A stretch of 63,277 nt of DNA, filler included, from Octopus bimaculoides (taxonomy: Eukaryota): assembly GCF_001194135.2 (NCBI RefSeq). It is 4 parts of 3 records of this genome, joined end to end, with 100 filler letters (N's around TTAATTAATTAA, not from the genome) between each part and the next. Parts side by side here need not be neighbours in the genome. Positions count along the whole stretch, not along the records: positions 1 to 31,112 come from NC_068987.1; positions 31,213 to 59,517 come from NC_068982.1; 2 more parts are not named here. One strand, given 5' to 3'. The notes below the pieces were generated by a model. It ran no database searches and was not told the origin of the DNA. It saw only the letters and a program-made list of their open reading frames with translations. The translations under genes were made by a program, and so were the position numbers. Positions 24,955 to 37,607 of the stretch are shown one piece after another. Positions within the stretch are counted from its first letter, which is position 1. Each line of letters opens with the position of its first letter.

Positions 24955-25542
24955 AACACACACACACACACAAACACACACACAAACACACACTTCCAGA
25001 AACACATATGTCATTCTGACAGCCAAAAACAGATACGTGCATGTTTACATATGCACGCATCAATGCACACATTCTCACACAACGCACTGTTATTTGTATA
25101 TATATGTGTTTACGCATATAAGTGTATGCGTGTATAATAACATACAAAATAACGGTAGTTCCTCCGTCAATTTCGACGATGAGTATCCAATTCTGTTAAC
25201 TGGAGAATCTAATGTTAAATTGAATTAGTATTCCACCCATAACCTGAACCATTGAAGAAAATTTTGGCGAGAATAACGAGGCGCGATATATAAGAAGATT
25301 GGACTTTTGAATTCCAGGTTCAACTCGTCCAAAGGAATTATAGAAGATTCGTGTCGACGTAAAAAGCTACCCAGGGGTATCGAACCAAAAGCCTTTTCAT
25401 TGACAAGCACAATTCGTATCTTAACAGCTTACACATATTGTACATGTCTATTGCATTACGCCATTAGACGCAATTGTCACTACAAGCGCACACACACATA
25501 CACACACATGCGCATACACACACACACACACACACACACATA

Positions 25543-25712
25543 TCATCATCAACATTTAACGTCCGTTGTCCATGCTGGCAAGGGCTGAACCGTTTAACCA
25601 GAGCTGGCAACCTGAGGAGCTGCACAAAACTCCAGTCTGATTTGGCATGGTATCTACGGCTGGATGTCCTTCCTAACGCCAACCACTCCGAGAGTCTAAT
25701 GTGTGATTTTGA
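25543..25712 (-). mobile_element. Family C retro-element 3' fragment with (GAT)n tail
   Basis: Reverse complement of ggagtggttggcgttaggaagg...catgccagcatgga...gttaaatgatgatg; matches 31275-31570 and 33826-34170. Confidence 0.85.
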
Positions 25713-26582
25713 TTTGTATCTATTTTGTTAAATGCTAAAGGACGAAACTCTCAGTACTGGAGTCACTCTGCTACTTCTACCAATTATATATGTACATGTG
25801 TGTGTGTGTGTGCGTGTGCGTGCGTGTGTGTGCGTGCGCGCGTGTGTGTGTGTGTATTCAGGTAAGTAGATACACGCACATAAAAGTATATACATAGTCA
25901 AACAAATACGCGCGCACACATGAATATGCCCTATATTCAGACACGCATGTGAATATCGACAAATCCTCGCACGCATCTATACACACATACGCACTCATAC
26001 TCTTGTGTATAGAAACACACACATATACAAGGCCAGACGGACGAGGCAGAATTATATAAAATAAAAGTTTAATACAAGTCTAGTGTTTAGCCCCTCCTCC
26101 CCCTCTCTCTTTCTCTCTATAGGACGACGTAACGGGCAAGCTGTTTGAAAAATATGAATAATCCACGTGAATTATCCCCGTAACATTGTAACTGATTTTA
26201 TAATTTGATCCTTGATTTCTAACTAGTTCGTAAGTGCTAACGCACGAAACTTTCAATACTTGAGTCACTCTGTTATTTCTACCAATTAATGATTGACAGA
26301 TAGATTAACAGACATAGACTCACCCACACAGTCATAAAATTGAGATTATTGCTAACATATTTCAATAGAACATTCATCAAACATTCTGCTTAGAAATACT
26401 AATGAGCATTACTTCAATTATGAATGGCCGTTTAATCATTTCAACGTGCCATGAAATAGTTGTTGTCACGTTTCGATATTATTAGCTCTCTTCAGCATGG
26501 CTTAGTGTCCACTGCATATATCGAAGTAATGACATGTTAATCATTAAATCGGTATAAATCACTGTACTTGAGTAAGTATATT

Positions 26583-26687
26583 AGTTAGCTTGTTCATAAT
26601 ATCAGTTAGCTTGTTCATAATATTAGTTAGCTTGTTCATAATATTAGCTAGCTTGTTCATAATATTAGTTAGCTTGTTCATAATATT
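26583..26687. repeat. Tandem repeat, 5 x 21 bp (AGTTAGCTTGTTCATAATATT)
   Basis: Five near-identical units with two substitutions in total. Confidence 0.95.
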
Positions 26688-27742
26688 GAAGTTCATTTCT
26701 CAGGGACACCATGAAAAAAATTCTATTAATGCAGACAAACTATATCAACATGTATATCAGCTTGTATTTTCTCTGTACACTCGGGTACCTTTAATGACGT
26801 TCACTTTATCGACAACATCCTGTCAGGAAATTCAGGAAGAGTAACATTATTTTAAATGATCATGTAGTAACTAATGAGCCTAAGAACTACTTGGTATCAA
26901 TCAGAGCGTAGTTCCCAACCAGCTTCAAGTATCACGAGCTATTCCGTAAATACAGCTTTAAAGTTAGTTACAAAGGAAAAAGAACATTCTAGAATCTGGA
27001 TATCATTGCTGTACAAAAGAAAAAAAAATTCATTGTTTATAGAGCTGTGATGGTGCCACACGTAAATTCTTGGAAATGAAGATCATCAATAATGGCATAT
27101 GGAAGCGCAACTACAAGAGATATTTCTTGAAACACATGCTCACCCAGGTATTAAGAAAAACGAATCTCACGCAACGTTGTTAACATGTATGGAGTCTAAA
27201 GGATGAATGCACGAACTATATTGATATTGTTTACACTTGACGTCTCGGATACGAAACGTCGGAACAAAAATCAGGGCTGGCTATAATTTCTATGGAATAT
27301 CTGTCGAGATTACCTTAACAAGTGATGTAAAGCGCACTGCTAACACGGTATTGACTTATATAAACGTTTAATATACTTTATAGTATATTATGGTTGAATA
27401 ACGAAATACTGCATCCCTATAAGTCACTTATATATTGATATCAAATGGTTAACGTGCAAAGGCTACTATACATAAATGCTTCATTTTTCCCCAAAAGAAT
27501 AGTGTACAATTAAGAGAAAATTGGCTGCTATATCCAGCAGATCAATTGACTACACAGAAACGCTCTTGTTGACATATCTTTGTGTTGTGTGGGAATGTGT
27601 GTGTGAGAGAGTGGGCGGGGAGATTGTTTGTTATTTTGTCTGTTTCAATGCTGTTTGAATATTATCGTGTTGGTTTTTGTGAGATTAAATATATTGATTT
27701 TAGTCAGGAGGGAAGATAGACAGTACATTTGCCTCTTTACAG

Positions 27743-27860
27743 GGCTTCCAAGTATGGTGGAAGAGGAAGACGAAAGTGGTCTCCAGCCTGAGATCTGGCC
27801 TGACTGCTAACAAAGGAGTGGATTTCGCTGAAGTCACCCAAAGAGCAAAGTATACTACAC
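27743..27860 (+). CDS. Candidate internal coding exon, GFQVWWKRKTKVVSSLRSGLTANKGVDFAEVTQRAKYTT
   Basis: Acceptor catttgcctctttacAG (27741-42) and perfect donor CAC|GTAAGT (27861). 118 bp; only the phase-0 frame is stop-free. Sequence is complex, GC-richer than the flanks, and matches none of the repeats I recognised. Confidence 0.6.
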
Positions 27861-28739
27861 GTAAGTTATGGCGGGATTTGATCTCAATAAAATGAGGCAC
27901 AACAAATACTGCCAGGCCTCAGCCAGTAGCGCTCTTCCTCGAATGTTTCCTTGTCTGCCTTATATCGTTTGTCTATTTCATGACCGTTCCAAGCTCATCT
28001 ATGTACATTGTGTTACGAAATAAGTCTACTGTGCACATTTCCCTCGTGTATTTGTAACCACGATTCTTTTGGTTCGTTTACATCTGATCCCCACTGAAAC
28101 GATCAGTAGTTAGTTGTTTTTATTCAACAATAAATAACACAGATATGGTCTTTAGTGGAAACGTGATGCCGTGAAGTCTTTCCACACAGGCACAAATTCC
28201 CTGCAGCTTATTTACTAACAGTGCCATTGTGTAATTCCAACAAAACCGGAAATATTTATTTGGTGGTTTCACCAACAAAGTCTATTTTCCCGTGTTCTAA
28301 CTCTCAGTTGGAAATAACACCCTCTGTTATCAAAATGTTCCCACAGACATCTCAAATTCTCTACTCGGCCGCTCGTTACGGTTTTCAATTTCTTGCTTGT
28401 TTACGTTGGTTAAAATAGTTTTCATTTCAATATGTTTGCTCACTTTGTTTTAATATGTTCTTATGGGAATATATGGCAATTTATTTTCAATATATTGCCA
28501 TGTTGTTTCGGGAATATATGGATGCATATGATTGGTTGAAATTGAAAAATATTTAAATATTAAATATCCGTAACTTCTTTGTTTTTAAATTCTTCGAAAA
28601 GAAGGAAAAATGGTTATGATTATCGTAATTAGCATGAAAAACTACATCTGGAGAAATTTTTTCTCAGAAAATTGGATTTTTACGTGTGAAACCGTGAAAA
28701 CAAAACAATCTCCACTACAGTCTTTTTTTTTTCTTTTTA

Positions 28740-28805
28740 GTCCCAAAAGGATGAAACAAAGCGAAGTTCCCCACGGTCGGATTGGAACTCAGAATGAAAA
28801 CCGTA
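28740..28805 (-). mobile_element. SINE family A fragment
   Basis: aaaaggatgaaa...ggattggaactcagaatg resembles the reverse complement of the core. Confidence 0.45.
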
Positions 28806-29495
28806 GAAAAATTTTAAATGAAAATAAGGGATCCATGGAGTTCTATCCTACGCAGAAACGGTTACACTACTTCACTGATTGGAAAAGCGTTCGATTCTGT
28901 TAGTCTTACATCTTTCTGTGTTTGTGTAAGTCTGTAGACATTTGTGTTACCCTGTATATTTATGTACTGGCGTACTTCTAACTACGCGCTTGAGTGTTAA
29001 AGTTGTGGATGTTTCACAGTTTGCGTATTGTCGTGAGCTGTCAATACATATGCGTGTGTGCATGCGTGTTTTACATGTGCGTGTGCGTATTTGAGTATAT
29101 GTGATGTGTCATCGCATGTGTGTATATGCCTTTGCGGCTTTTGTTTAACATCACAAATCTCAGACCTATGATCAAGGACGTTCCATATATGCCTATCTTG
29201 TATATTCGTGTATCGGTGACTACATTATCCAAATTGTCCATCTACTTCTGAGAAAATGGGATATGATTTAAGGGAGTTGTGGCTGCAGTTTTCAGCAAAT
29301 GATGCTACTGCATAGAGAATCCAGAGATTTTGGGGATGGGTGTTATGCGTGTGCGCGTGTGTATATATGGGGTGGGCTTATATGTATATGTGTTGTTATC
29401 TATATGGTGATTTGTCCTGTGTTGTTTATATTTGTGAGAGTGCATTTGCACTGTTATGTAAATATTTCTATGTATATGTGCATATATACATATAT

Positions 29496-29552
<57 letters not shown>

Positions 29553-29655
29553 NNNNNNNNNNNNNNNNNNNNNNNNNNNNNNNNNNNNNNNNNNNNNNNN
29601 NNNNNNNNNNNNNNNNNNNNNNNNNNNNNNNNNNNNNNNNNNNNNNNNNNNNNNN

Positions 29656-29693
<38 letters not shown>

Positions 29694-30387
29694 TATATAT
29701 ATATTCATATTTATATATGCATATATGTATATGTGAATGTATGTATTTATATTTATTTATATGTATGGCTATATCCATTTGTGATGTGCGTAGGGTGTGA
29801 AAGCATTCGCATCCCTCCACATCCAACCAATGTATGGTACAAAAACAAAACAAAACAATCTTGAAATGGGCTCCAACAAAAACAACAAAACTTCACAATG
29901 TGTTGTAGGAGGAGTGAGAAGTAAAATAATGGGGGATCACCCCATTCCCCTTCTTTATCATTATTTTTTTCTTTTACTAAGTTACCATAGATCACAGCAC
30001 GACTGATGGGTTGTTGGTAGGATGGGTCACATCGTTAGGGAGTCGTTTAACAGTTGTGGATGATGGCGGCCCATTTTAACAGTGTCAAACATGTGTCTGA
30101 AATAGTGAACCTTTCTACACAATACTGCACCTTTCTTTCTCTTTCTCAAATTCTTTTCTTCTTTTCAGTATTTTTCGAAAACTTTTTTATCCGTCCCCCC
30201 CTCTCTCTCTCTCACTCTCTCTCTCTCTCTCCTTCTTTCTCTATATATCTATCTTTTGTGTCACACCTACCAATCTTCGTATTTCTACTTTCTCCCTCTG
30301 TACATTCTTTCGGTGTTTCGCTTCTCTTGTTCATACTATCTTGGCTTTCTCTCCATCCACACTCTTTATCGTTATCTCTTCTTTGAA

Positions 30388-30433
<46 letters not shown>

Positions 30434-31112
30434 TCCCTCTCCATCTCTCTCACTCTCTTTCTTCTTTCGTTTGCTGTTTCTCCTTCACTTAGCTTTCCCT
30501 CCTCAATCTCTTCATTTCTTACTATACTCTCTCTGTGCTTTCCTTCCTCTCTTTCTCCACTCTCTTTATCTCAATTATATATATACCTCCTATTTCTCAT
30601 TCTTACTACCCACAGGCCAAGACACACACATAGAATTTTCTTCTGTTTCTCTCTCTTACTCTCACTCTCACTCTCTCTGTTTCACCATTTCTGTGTCCTA
30701 TTCATTCCCCCACACCATTTCTTACCATTTCTTTTGCTTTTGTCAATATCCCACCCGAGAAACTCTTTCTAGGGATTTAGTTTTGATCCTTTTTTTTTTT
30801 TTACCCTAACTTTATTTTTTGTAATTTGAGGATGTTTACATGCTTCAGTGAACATTAACAAACCACTCGACCGTGATTCGGCGGAGAGAATGAATGTAGA
30901 TAACAATAAAAAAAAGACACAAAGCAACATCAAATACACTAGCAAAAATAACAAAAGTAAGAACGACGCAAACGAAAACAAGACATTTTTCACTACGCAA
31001 AAACAAAAATATAAAAAAAAATCATGGGAAAAAAAACTAAATAAATAAATAAAATTTAGAAAAAGAAATATAAGAAAAGAAATAAAAACATAAAAGATGC
31101 GCTTGCATTTAT

Positions 31113-31212
31113 NNNNNNNNNNNNNNNNNNNNNNNNNNNNNNNNNNNNNNNNNNNNTTAATTAATTAANNNNNNNNNNNNNNNNNNNNNNNNNNNNNNNN
31201 NNNNNNNNNNNN
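31113..31212. other. Synthetic scaffold join: 44 N + TTAATTAATTAA + 44 N
   Basis: Exactly 100 bp; the same layout recurs twice more in the window. Confidence 0.9.
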
Positions 31213-31274
31213 AATTATTTCTACATAAAAACAAAGCATAAAAGCAAAGCACATGTTTGTCTTGCAAATTACTT

Positions 31275-31570
31275 GGGGACTCTGCCAGTGCTCATGTCAC
31301 GTAAAATGCAGCCAGTCCACACTGTAAAGTGCTTGACGTGTGGAAGGGCATCTAACTGTAAAATCCATGCCAAAAGTGACTTTGCCTGTGCTGGTGCCAC
31401 GTAAAAAAGTAGTCAGTTCACTTTTTGGAGTGGTTGGTGTTAAAAAGGGCATCCAGCCATATAAACCAAATCAAAACAGACAACAAAGTACGGTGCAGTC
31501 TTCTGCCTTGCCAGCTCCTGTCAAACATTCCAACCCATGCCAGCATGGAAAGCGGACGTTAAATGATGAT
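31275..31570 (+). mobile_element. Family C retro-element copy, tail expanded into (GAT/GAG)n to about 31645
   Basis: Core ggagtggttggtgttaaaaagggcatccagcc and terminus catgccagcatggaaagcggacgttaaatgatgatg. Confidence 0.85.
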
Positions 31571-31694
31571 GATGATGATGAGGAGGATGAGGATGATGAG
31601 GATGATGATGATAATGATGAGGATGATGATGATGATGATGATAACTATGTGTGTATATATATGCAAGTGGTTGACTCTCTGCAAAGTTAAAGGA

Positions 31695-32345
31695 AGGCAT
31701 AATATATTTTATCCGTAAAGAAGGTAGATAAGCGGTTGCTAAATATTTTAGGCCCGTCTCTTTAACCTCACATGTCAAAAAAGTCATGGAACGGATTGTC
31801 AAGAAGAAGCTGATCACGGGATGAAATATCACAAACTACGAAGACACGGCACAGTCAATAAATTAGGATAGTGTTTACATGAGTTCTTAAAAGACTGATG
31901 CCAGGTTGTGGTAGTCAATGAGGTCATCACCAAAGAGGCAGTACTTGCGAGTGAAGGGTCACAGGGAACTGTCTTGGGACCGCTGCTGTTCGTGATGGTT
32001 CTCTTGAACATGCCATTAGTTACACATACAGCCATATTTACTATCTATACCGACTATACCAAAGTAGCACAGGTAGTCAAGGACCATGCTAATCCTCAAC
32101 AGAAGGACCTAGATGCCATGTATATAAATGAGCTGATATACAATTTAATGCAGGAAAATTCCAAGCCTTCCGCTATCAGCCAGTTTGCGCTTGAATGCTG
32201 CAACAAAATTACTTTGCACCAAGAGGCCAAAATAGAGCTTCAATCCCAGAGTCAAACACAATGCGTCACCTGGAGATTTGATATGAGCAACGGTGCCTTG
32301 TTTCATGTATAAATTATATGTATGCACACGTATTATTATATAGCT

Positions 32346-32397
<52 letters not shown>

Positions 32398-33120
32398 TGT
32401 ATTATTATATTCTATTCCTCTTGCTCACTTTATGTGCTTAAGAAAGGACCAGATGGACTCAGACAACTTTCAGAACAAGAGACCAGGAAACTATGTTGGT
32501 CTTATGGAGGACATTTATCATCCGCCGTCTGGCCCACTGCTTTCTACACTAGTCACCTCAGTGTCAAATTAATAGCAGCACTTGAGTTAGTTCAGTGGTG
32601 CTAAGTCATGAAGATTGTATCAATGAAACAGTTGAGTTACTCGAAGAGACTAAAATAATTACGACTCTACTCCCAGGAGCGAAGATTGGAGAGATAAGCG
32701 GTGATGTACATAGGGAAGATCCTAGAGTGGTTGGCACCAAACTTTGGCATCGAAAATTATACTAGCCTTCGAAAAGTAGGTCTCTGCACTGTTCCAAAGG
32801 TGTCATCTATGTCATAGTTTTCGAAACAGGTAGTGCAATAGCTTAGGAGGATTCAAAGGCAGACAGCTATTTAATATCTTGTCAAAAAGCCTGAAAGATC
32901 TACATGGGGTGGGGAAGGGGTAGATGTTTTCAAGAAGCACCTCGATCTTCTGCTGTTTAAGATCCCAGATGAACATATGTTACGGCAAGAAACTCAAAAG
33001 CGGGTAGCAATCTCAAATTCTCTCTTTCACCAACAGCCAATCACATGAGGGTCGCTAGGTGATGATTTTGGTGGTGCTCCCAGAACAGCCTTTGGGCTGA
33101 AACGCTTAGAGGAATAAAAG
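31695..33120 (+). mobile_element. Decayed CR1-group LINE (RT plus 3' end), interrupted by (TA)n and a deletion
   Basis: YFRPVSLTSHVKKVMERIV; SQGTVLGPLLFV...YTDYTK (cf. YADDTK); LSYSKRLK.LRLYSQERR.ER..MYIGKILE.LAPNFGI; IPDE; SNSL; terminal hairpin cagcc-tttg-ggctg at 33086-33099. Confidence 0.85.
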
Positions 33121-33290
33121 ATTGTTGATGATGCACATATGTGGATATATATGTTTTCATAAAACATACACGTACATAGCTGTAAATTATATATACGAAG
33201 ATGTATTATTATATTCTATTTCTCTTGGTCACTTTATGTATATACGCAAACTCACACGTACACTCAAACACAACATACATATAAACACGT

Positions 33291-33337
<47 letters not shown>

Positions 33338-33825
33338 NNNNNNNNNNNNNNNNNNNNNNNNNNNNNNNNNNNNNNNNNNNNNNNNNNNNNNNNNNNNNNN
33401 NNNNNNNNNNNNNNNNNNNNNNNNNNNNNNNNNNNNNNNNNNNNNNNNNNNNNNNNNNNNNNNNNNNNNNNNNNNNNNNNNNNNNNNNNNNNNNNNNNNN
33501 NNNNNNNNNNNNNNNNNNNNNNNNNNNNNNNNNNNNNNNNNNNNNNNNNNNNNNNNNNNNNNNNNNNNNNNNNNNNNNNNNNNNNNNNNNNNNNNNNNNN
33601 NNNNNNNNNNNNNNNNNNNNNNNNNNNNNNNNNNNNNNNNNNNNNNNNNNNNNNNNNNNNNNNNNNNNNNNNNNNNNNNNNNNNNNNNNNNNNNNNNNNN
33701 NNNNNNNNNNNNNNNNNNNNNNNNNNNNNNNNNNNNNNNNNNNNNNNNNNNNNNNNNNNNNNNNNNNNNNNNNNNNNNNNNNNNNNTATATATATATATA
33801 TATTTACACACACACACATATATAT

Positions 33826-34170
33826 ATAGGCAATGATAAATGACCGAGACTTTTGGCGATATGCTGTACTTGAGAAGACCCGTCAAGTGAAACCGTATTC
33901 GTGACCGATGTTGGTGTCACGTAACTGGCACCCGTGCCGGTGTCTCGCAACTGACACCTGTGCCGGTGGCACGTAAAAAGCACCCATTACATTCTTGGAG
34001 TGGTTGGCGTTAGGAAGGGTATTCAGCAGTAGAAACCATGCCAAATCAGATCGGAACCTGGTGCAGCTCTCCTGCTTACCAGTTTCAGTCAAATTGTCTA
34101 ACCCATGCCAGCATGGGAAGCAGACGCTAAATGATGATGATGATGATGGTGATAATGATGATGATGATGA
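33826..34170 (+). mobile_element. Family C retro-element copy that includes an apparent LINE ORF C-terminus
   Basis: Begins aatgaccgagacttttggcgatatgctgtacttgagaagacccg (NDRDFWRYAVLEKTR, resembling an RTE-type DR..WR C-terminus), then short internal repeats, the family C core and a (GAT)n tail. Confidence 0.85.
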
Positions 34171-34826
34171 TGTGTGTGAGTGTATTTAATCTCCCTTTCT
34201 TTTATATGTGGATATATAGTATTTTAAAGTCTGAATGAAAACCTCGCGAATACAGGGATACGATTTCCATTGCATTGTTCAGAGCTTGGCTAAACCTCGA
34301 ATATATTGTAAATTCGAAATGACTTTATGCTTTACTGGCAGATGTCAATTGCCCGTACTATTCGGGGTCTTTGTGAATTAAGCTCACTAACGAACTACGA
34401 AAATCCATGTTAGCAAAAGGAAACCTATAAGCACAATAAATAACATGGCTGACCAATACACAATTTCATATACACACACACATACATACATATGAATATA
34501 TATGTGTTTGCATGTGTGTGTCTGTGTCTGTGTCTGTATATATATATATATATATNNNNNNNNNNNNNNNNNNNNNNNNNNNNNNNNNNNNNNNNNNNNN
34601 NNNNNNNNNNNNNNNNNNNNNNNNNNNNNNNNNNNNNNNNNNNNNNNNNNNNNNNNNNNNNNNNNNNNNNNNNNNNNNNNNNNNNNNNNNNNNNNNNNNN
34701 NNNNNNNNNNNNNNNNNNNNNNNNNNNNNNNNNNNNNNNNNNNNNNNNNNNNNNNNNNNNNNNNNNNNNNNNNNNNNNNNNNNNNTATATATTCATTTTT
34801 GTTTAGTGAGCACGTCATCTCTTTAG

Positions 34827-35690
34827 ATAAATCCGACTGGAAAGGACATCAGAATCTACTGTGGAACCAAAACGTATGAATAGAAACAGACCAGGAATTG
34901 TCAGAATCAGTAGTAATCAAAAGAGGTGTATGATATGGCTGTGTGGTATCCCCATATCGATTTTAATATTCGAAGAGTCAAATGAGACAGAATCATCATA
35001 AACAATATAAGATATGGTAATCATACAGCATTAACGGTAGACAGCAATAAAAAATCAAAAGATATTGTTGATGCAAAAGAGCAAAGTGACAAGAAAGGTC
35101 GAAATATGAATGTAAAAATGACAAAGAGAATGGTTATGAGTAATACATAACAAAAGGAAGTAAATATAAAACCAAATGGTCACAAGCTTGAGCAAGTAAA
35201 AAAGGTCAAGCATTTTCTACAAAAAATAAATTTGGAAGATCGCAGAAAAGAAGTTACTCATGAAATGAATAAAACTAAAATCTTCAACTAAAAAGACATA
35301 ACTGTGTTTAAAGCTGAGGTTAGTAAACGGTAAGGCCAATTGTCCTATATGGGGCAGAAACAAGTCAGGAGAAATAGATGGAAACCATTGCGATATGGAT
35401 CTTTCGAAGACTGGGTAGGATAAGCTTAAAATGTTGCACTACAAGAAAAGCTAATAATTCAAAGATCCCCATTGTCAAGAATCATGTTTAAAAAGATGTG
35501 TTTTGGACATATAATCCTAACAGGAAGCGTTGAAAGGAAGAAAGCTAGAAACCATCAAACACATTTGTGGAATAACGGCATATGAAAATGAATTGGAAAC
35601 AAGAGCGTCGTGGCTGATTGGTGATTGTAAGGTAGAGGTGAGTCTTAGCAAGCCGTCCCTTGGATACAAAGAGGCACCTGCCTGATGGTG
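34827..35690 (+). mobile_element. Decayed RTE-clade LINE reverse transcriptase fragment
   Basis: GKDIRI/NLLWNQ, IKRGV*YGCVVSP, IINNIRYGNHT (cf. INNIRYADDT), MNVKMTKRMVM and NGHKLEQV, with many stops and frameshifts. Confidence 0.8.
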
Positions 35691-35869
35691 CATATACATA
35701 CATACATACATACATACATACATACATACATACATACATACATACGTGCGTGCGTGTGTATTTGCATCTGATTGTGTATGCACACGCGGGAGTAAGTATA
35801 GATATATATGTGAATACATGCATTATATATAAAATTATCCTTCCCTGCCCCTCTCTCTTTCTCTCTCCC

Positions 35870-35902
<33 letters not shown>

Positions 35903-36424
35903 ATATATATGTATATGTACAGTCTTTTAAATATTAATCTATTTCTGATTTCGTATTGAAATAGAAAGAATCTGCAATAGAATTCATGATGAGATTCTTT
36001 TTAATTAATTAGAAATGTTTGCAAAACATTATTGACAATCGTTTGCCAATATGAACTATTCCTTCCTAGTGGATAAATCCCTAATTCTGTTCAATGTTAG
36101 CATTACATTTCCTACGCAGATTTACTAGTCGATAATTCCCTTTACATTTGGCAGCTATTAAAACGAAATCGATGTGGAATTTCAAAATGTTGCTTGAAAT
36201 AAAGAAATTTTATAAATATAAATAGAATATAAAAAGTAATTTCTACGTAATGTTAAAATACACACTATTGCTCTTTTTCTATCTTTATGTACATAGAAAC
36301 CGGTATACAAACACATACATTGAAGAACACACATGAACAAAGAAACATACGTACAGACAGACACACATATATAGATATATACAATTGCAAACATACACAC
36401 ACACATATATATTCGTTTGTATTC

Positions 36425-36472
<48 letters not shown>

Positions 36473-37494
36473 ATATTTATGAGGATATGTATATTACGCA
36501 CATGTATATGTGTGTGTGTGTATGTATGTATACATATGTACTGATATAGATACACTCATATACATATATACATACATATATATGCATAAACAAATAAATG
36601 CATATATATATATGTATATATATATATATACATATATACATGTACATACGTATACATATATATATATATATGTATATATATAAATATATATATATATACA
36701 TANNNNNNNNNNNNNNNNNNNNNNNNNNNNNNNNNNNNNNNNNNNNNNNNNNNNNNNNNNNNNNNNNNNNNNNNNNNNNNNNNNNNNNNNNNNNNNNNNN
36801 NNNNNNNNNNNNNNNNNNNNNNNNNNNNNNNNNNNNNNNNNNNNNNNNNNNNNNNNNNNNNNNNNNNNNNNNNNNNNNNNNNNNNNNNNNNNNNNNNNNN
36901 NNNNNNNNNNNNNNNNNNNNNNNNNNNNNNNNNNNNNNNNNNNNNNNNNNNNNNNNNNNNNNNNNNNNNNNNNNNNNNNNNNNNNNNNNNNNNNNNNNNN
37001 NNNNNNNNNNNNNNNNNNNNNNNNNNNNNNNNNNNNNNNNNNNNNNNNNNNNNNNNNNNNNNNNNNNNNNNNNNNNNNNNNNNNNNNNNNNNNNNNNNNN
37101 NNNNNNNNNNNNNNNNNNNNNNNNNNNNNNNNNNNNNNNNNNNNNNNNNNNNNNNNNNNNNNNNNNNNNNNNNNNNNNNNNNNNNNNNNNNNNNNNNNNN
37201 NNNNNNNNNNNNNNNNNNNNNNNNNNNNNNNNNNNNNNNNNNNNNNNNNNNNNNNNNNNNNNNNNNNNNNNNNNNNNNNNNNNNNNNNNNNNNNNNNNNN
37301 NNNNNNNNNNNNNNNNNNNNNNNNNNNNNNNNNNNNNNNNNNNNNNNNNNNNNNNNNNNNNNNNNNNNNNNNNNNNNNNNNNNNNNNNNNNNNNNNNNNN
37401 NNNNNNNNNNNNNNNNNNNNNNNNNNNNNNNNNNNNNNNNNNNNNNNNNNNNNNNNNNNNNNNNNNNNNNNNNNNNNNNNNNNNNNNNNNNNNN

Positions 37495-37550
<56 letters not shown>

Positions 37551-37570
37551 TACATTTATAAATACGTAAT

Positions 37571-37607
<37 letters not shown>

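Noticed and set aside
27228-27266. Possible third hammerhead remnant (tgttt...GAAACGTC ggaaca)
   Set aside because: The CUGANGA box is missing and stem II is incomplete; too degenerate to support.
34827-34873. Apparent phase-1 exon DKSDWKGHQNLLWNQN with AG and GTATGA
   Set aside because: Lies within the RTE RT remnant (GKDIRI/NLYWNQ motif).
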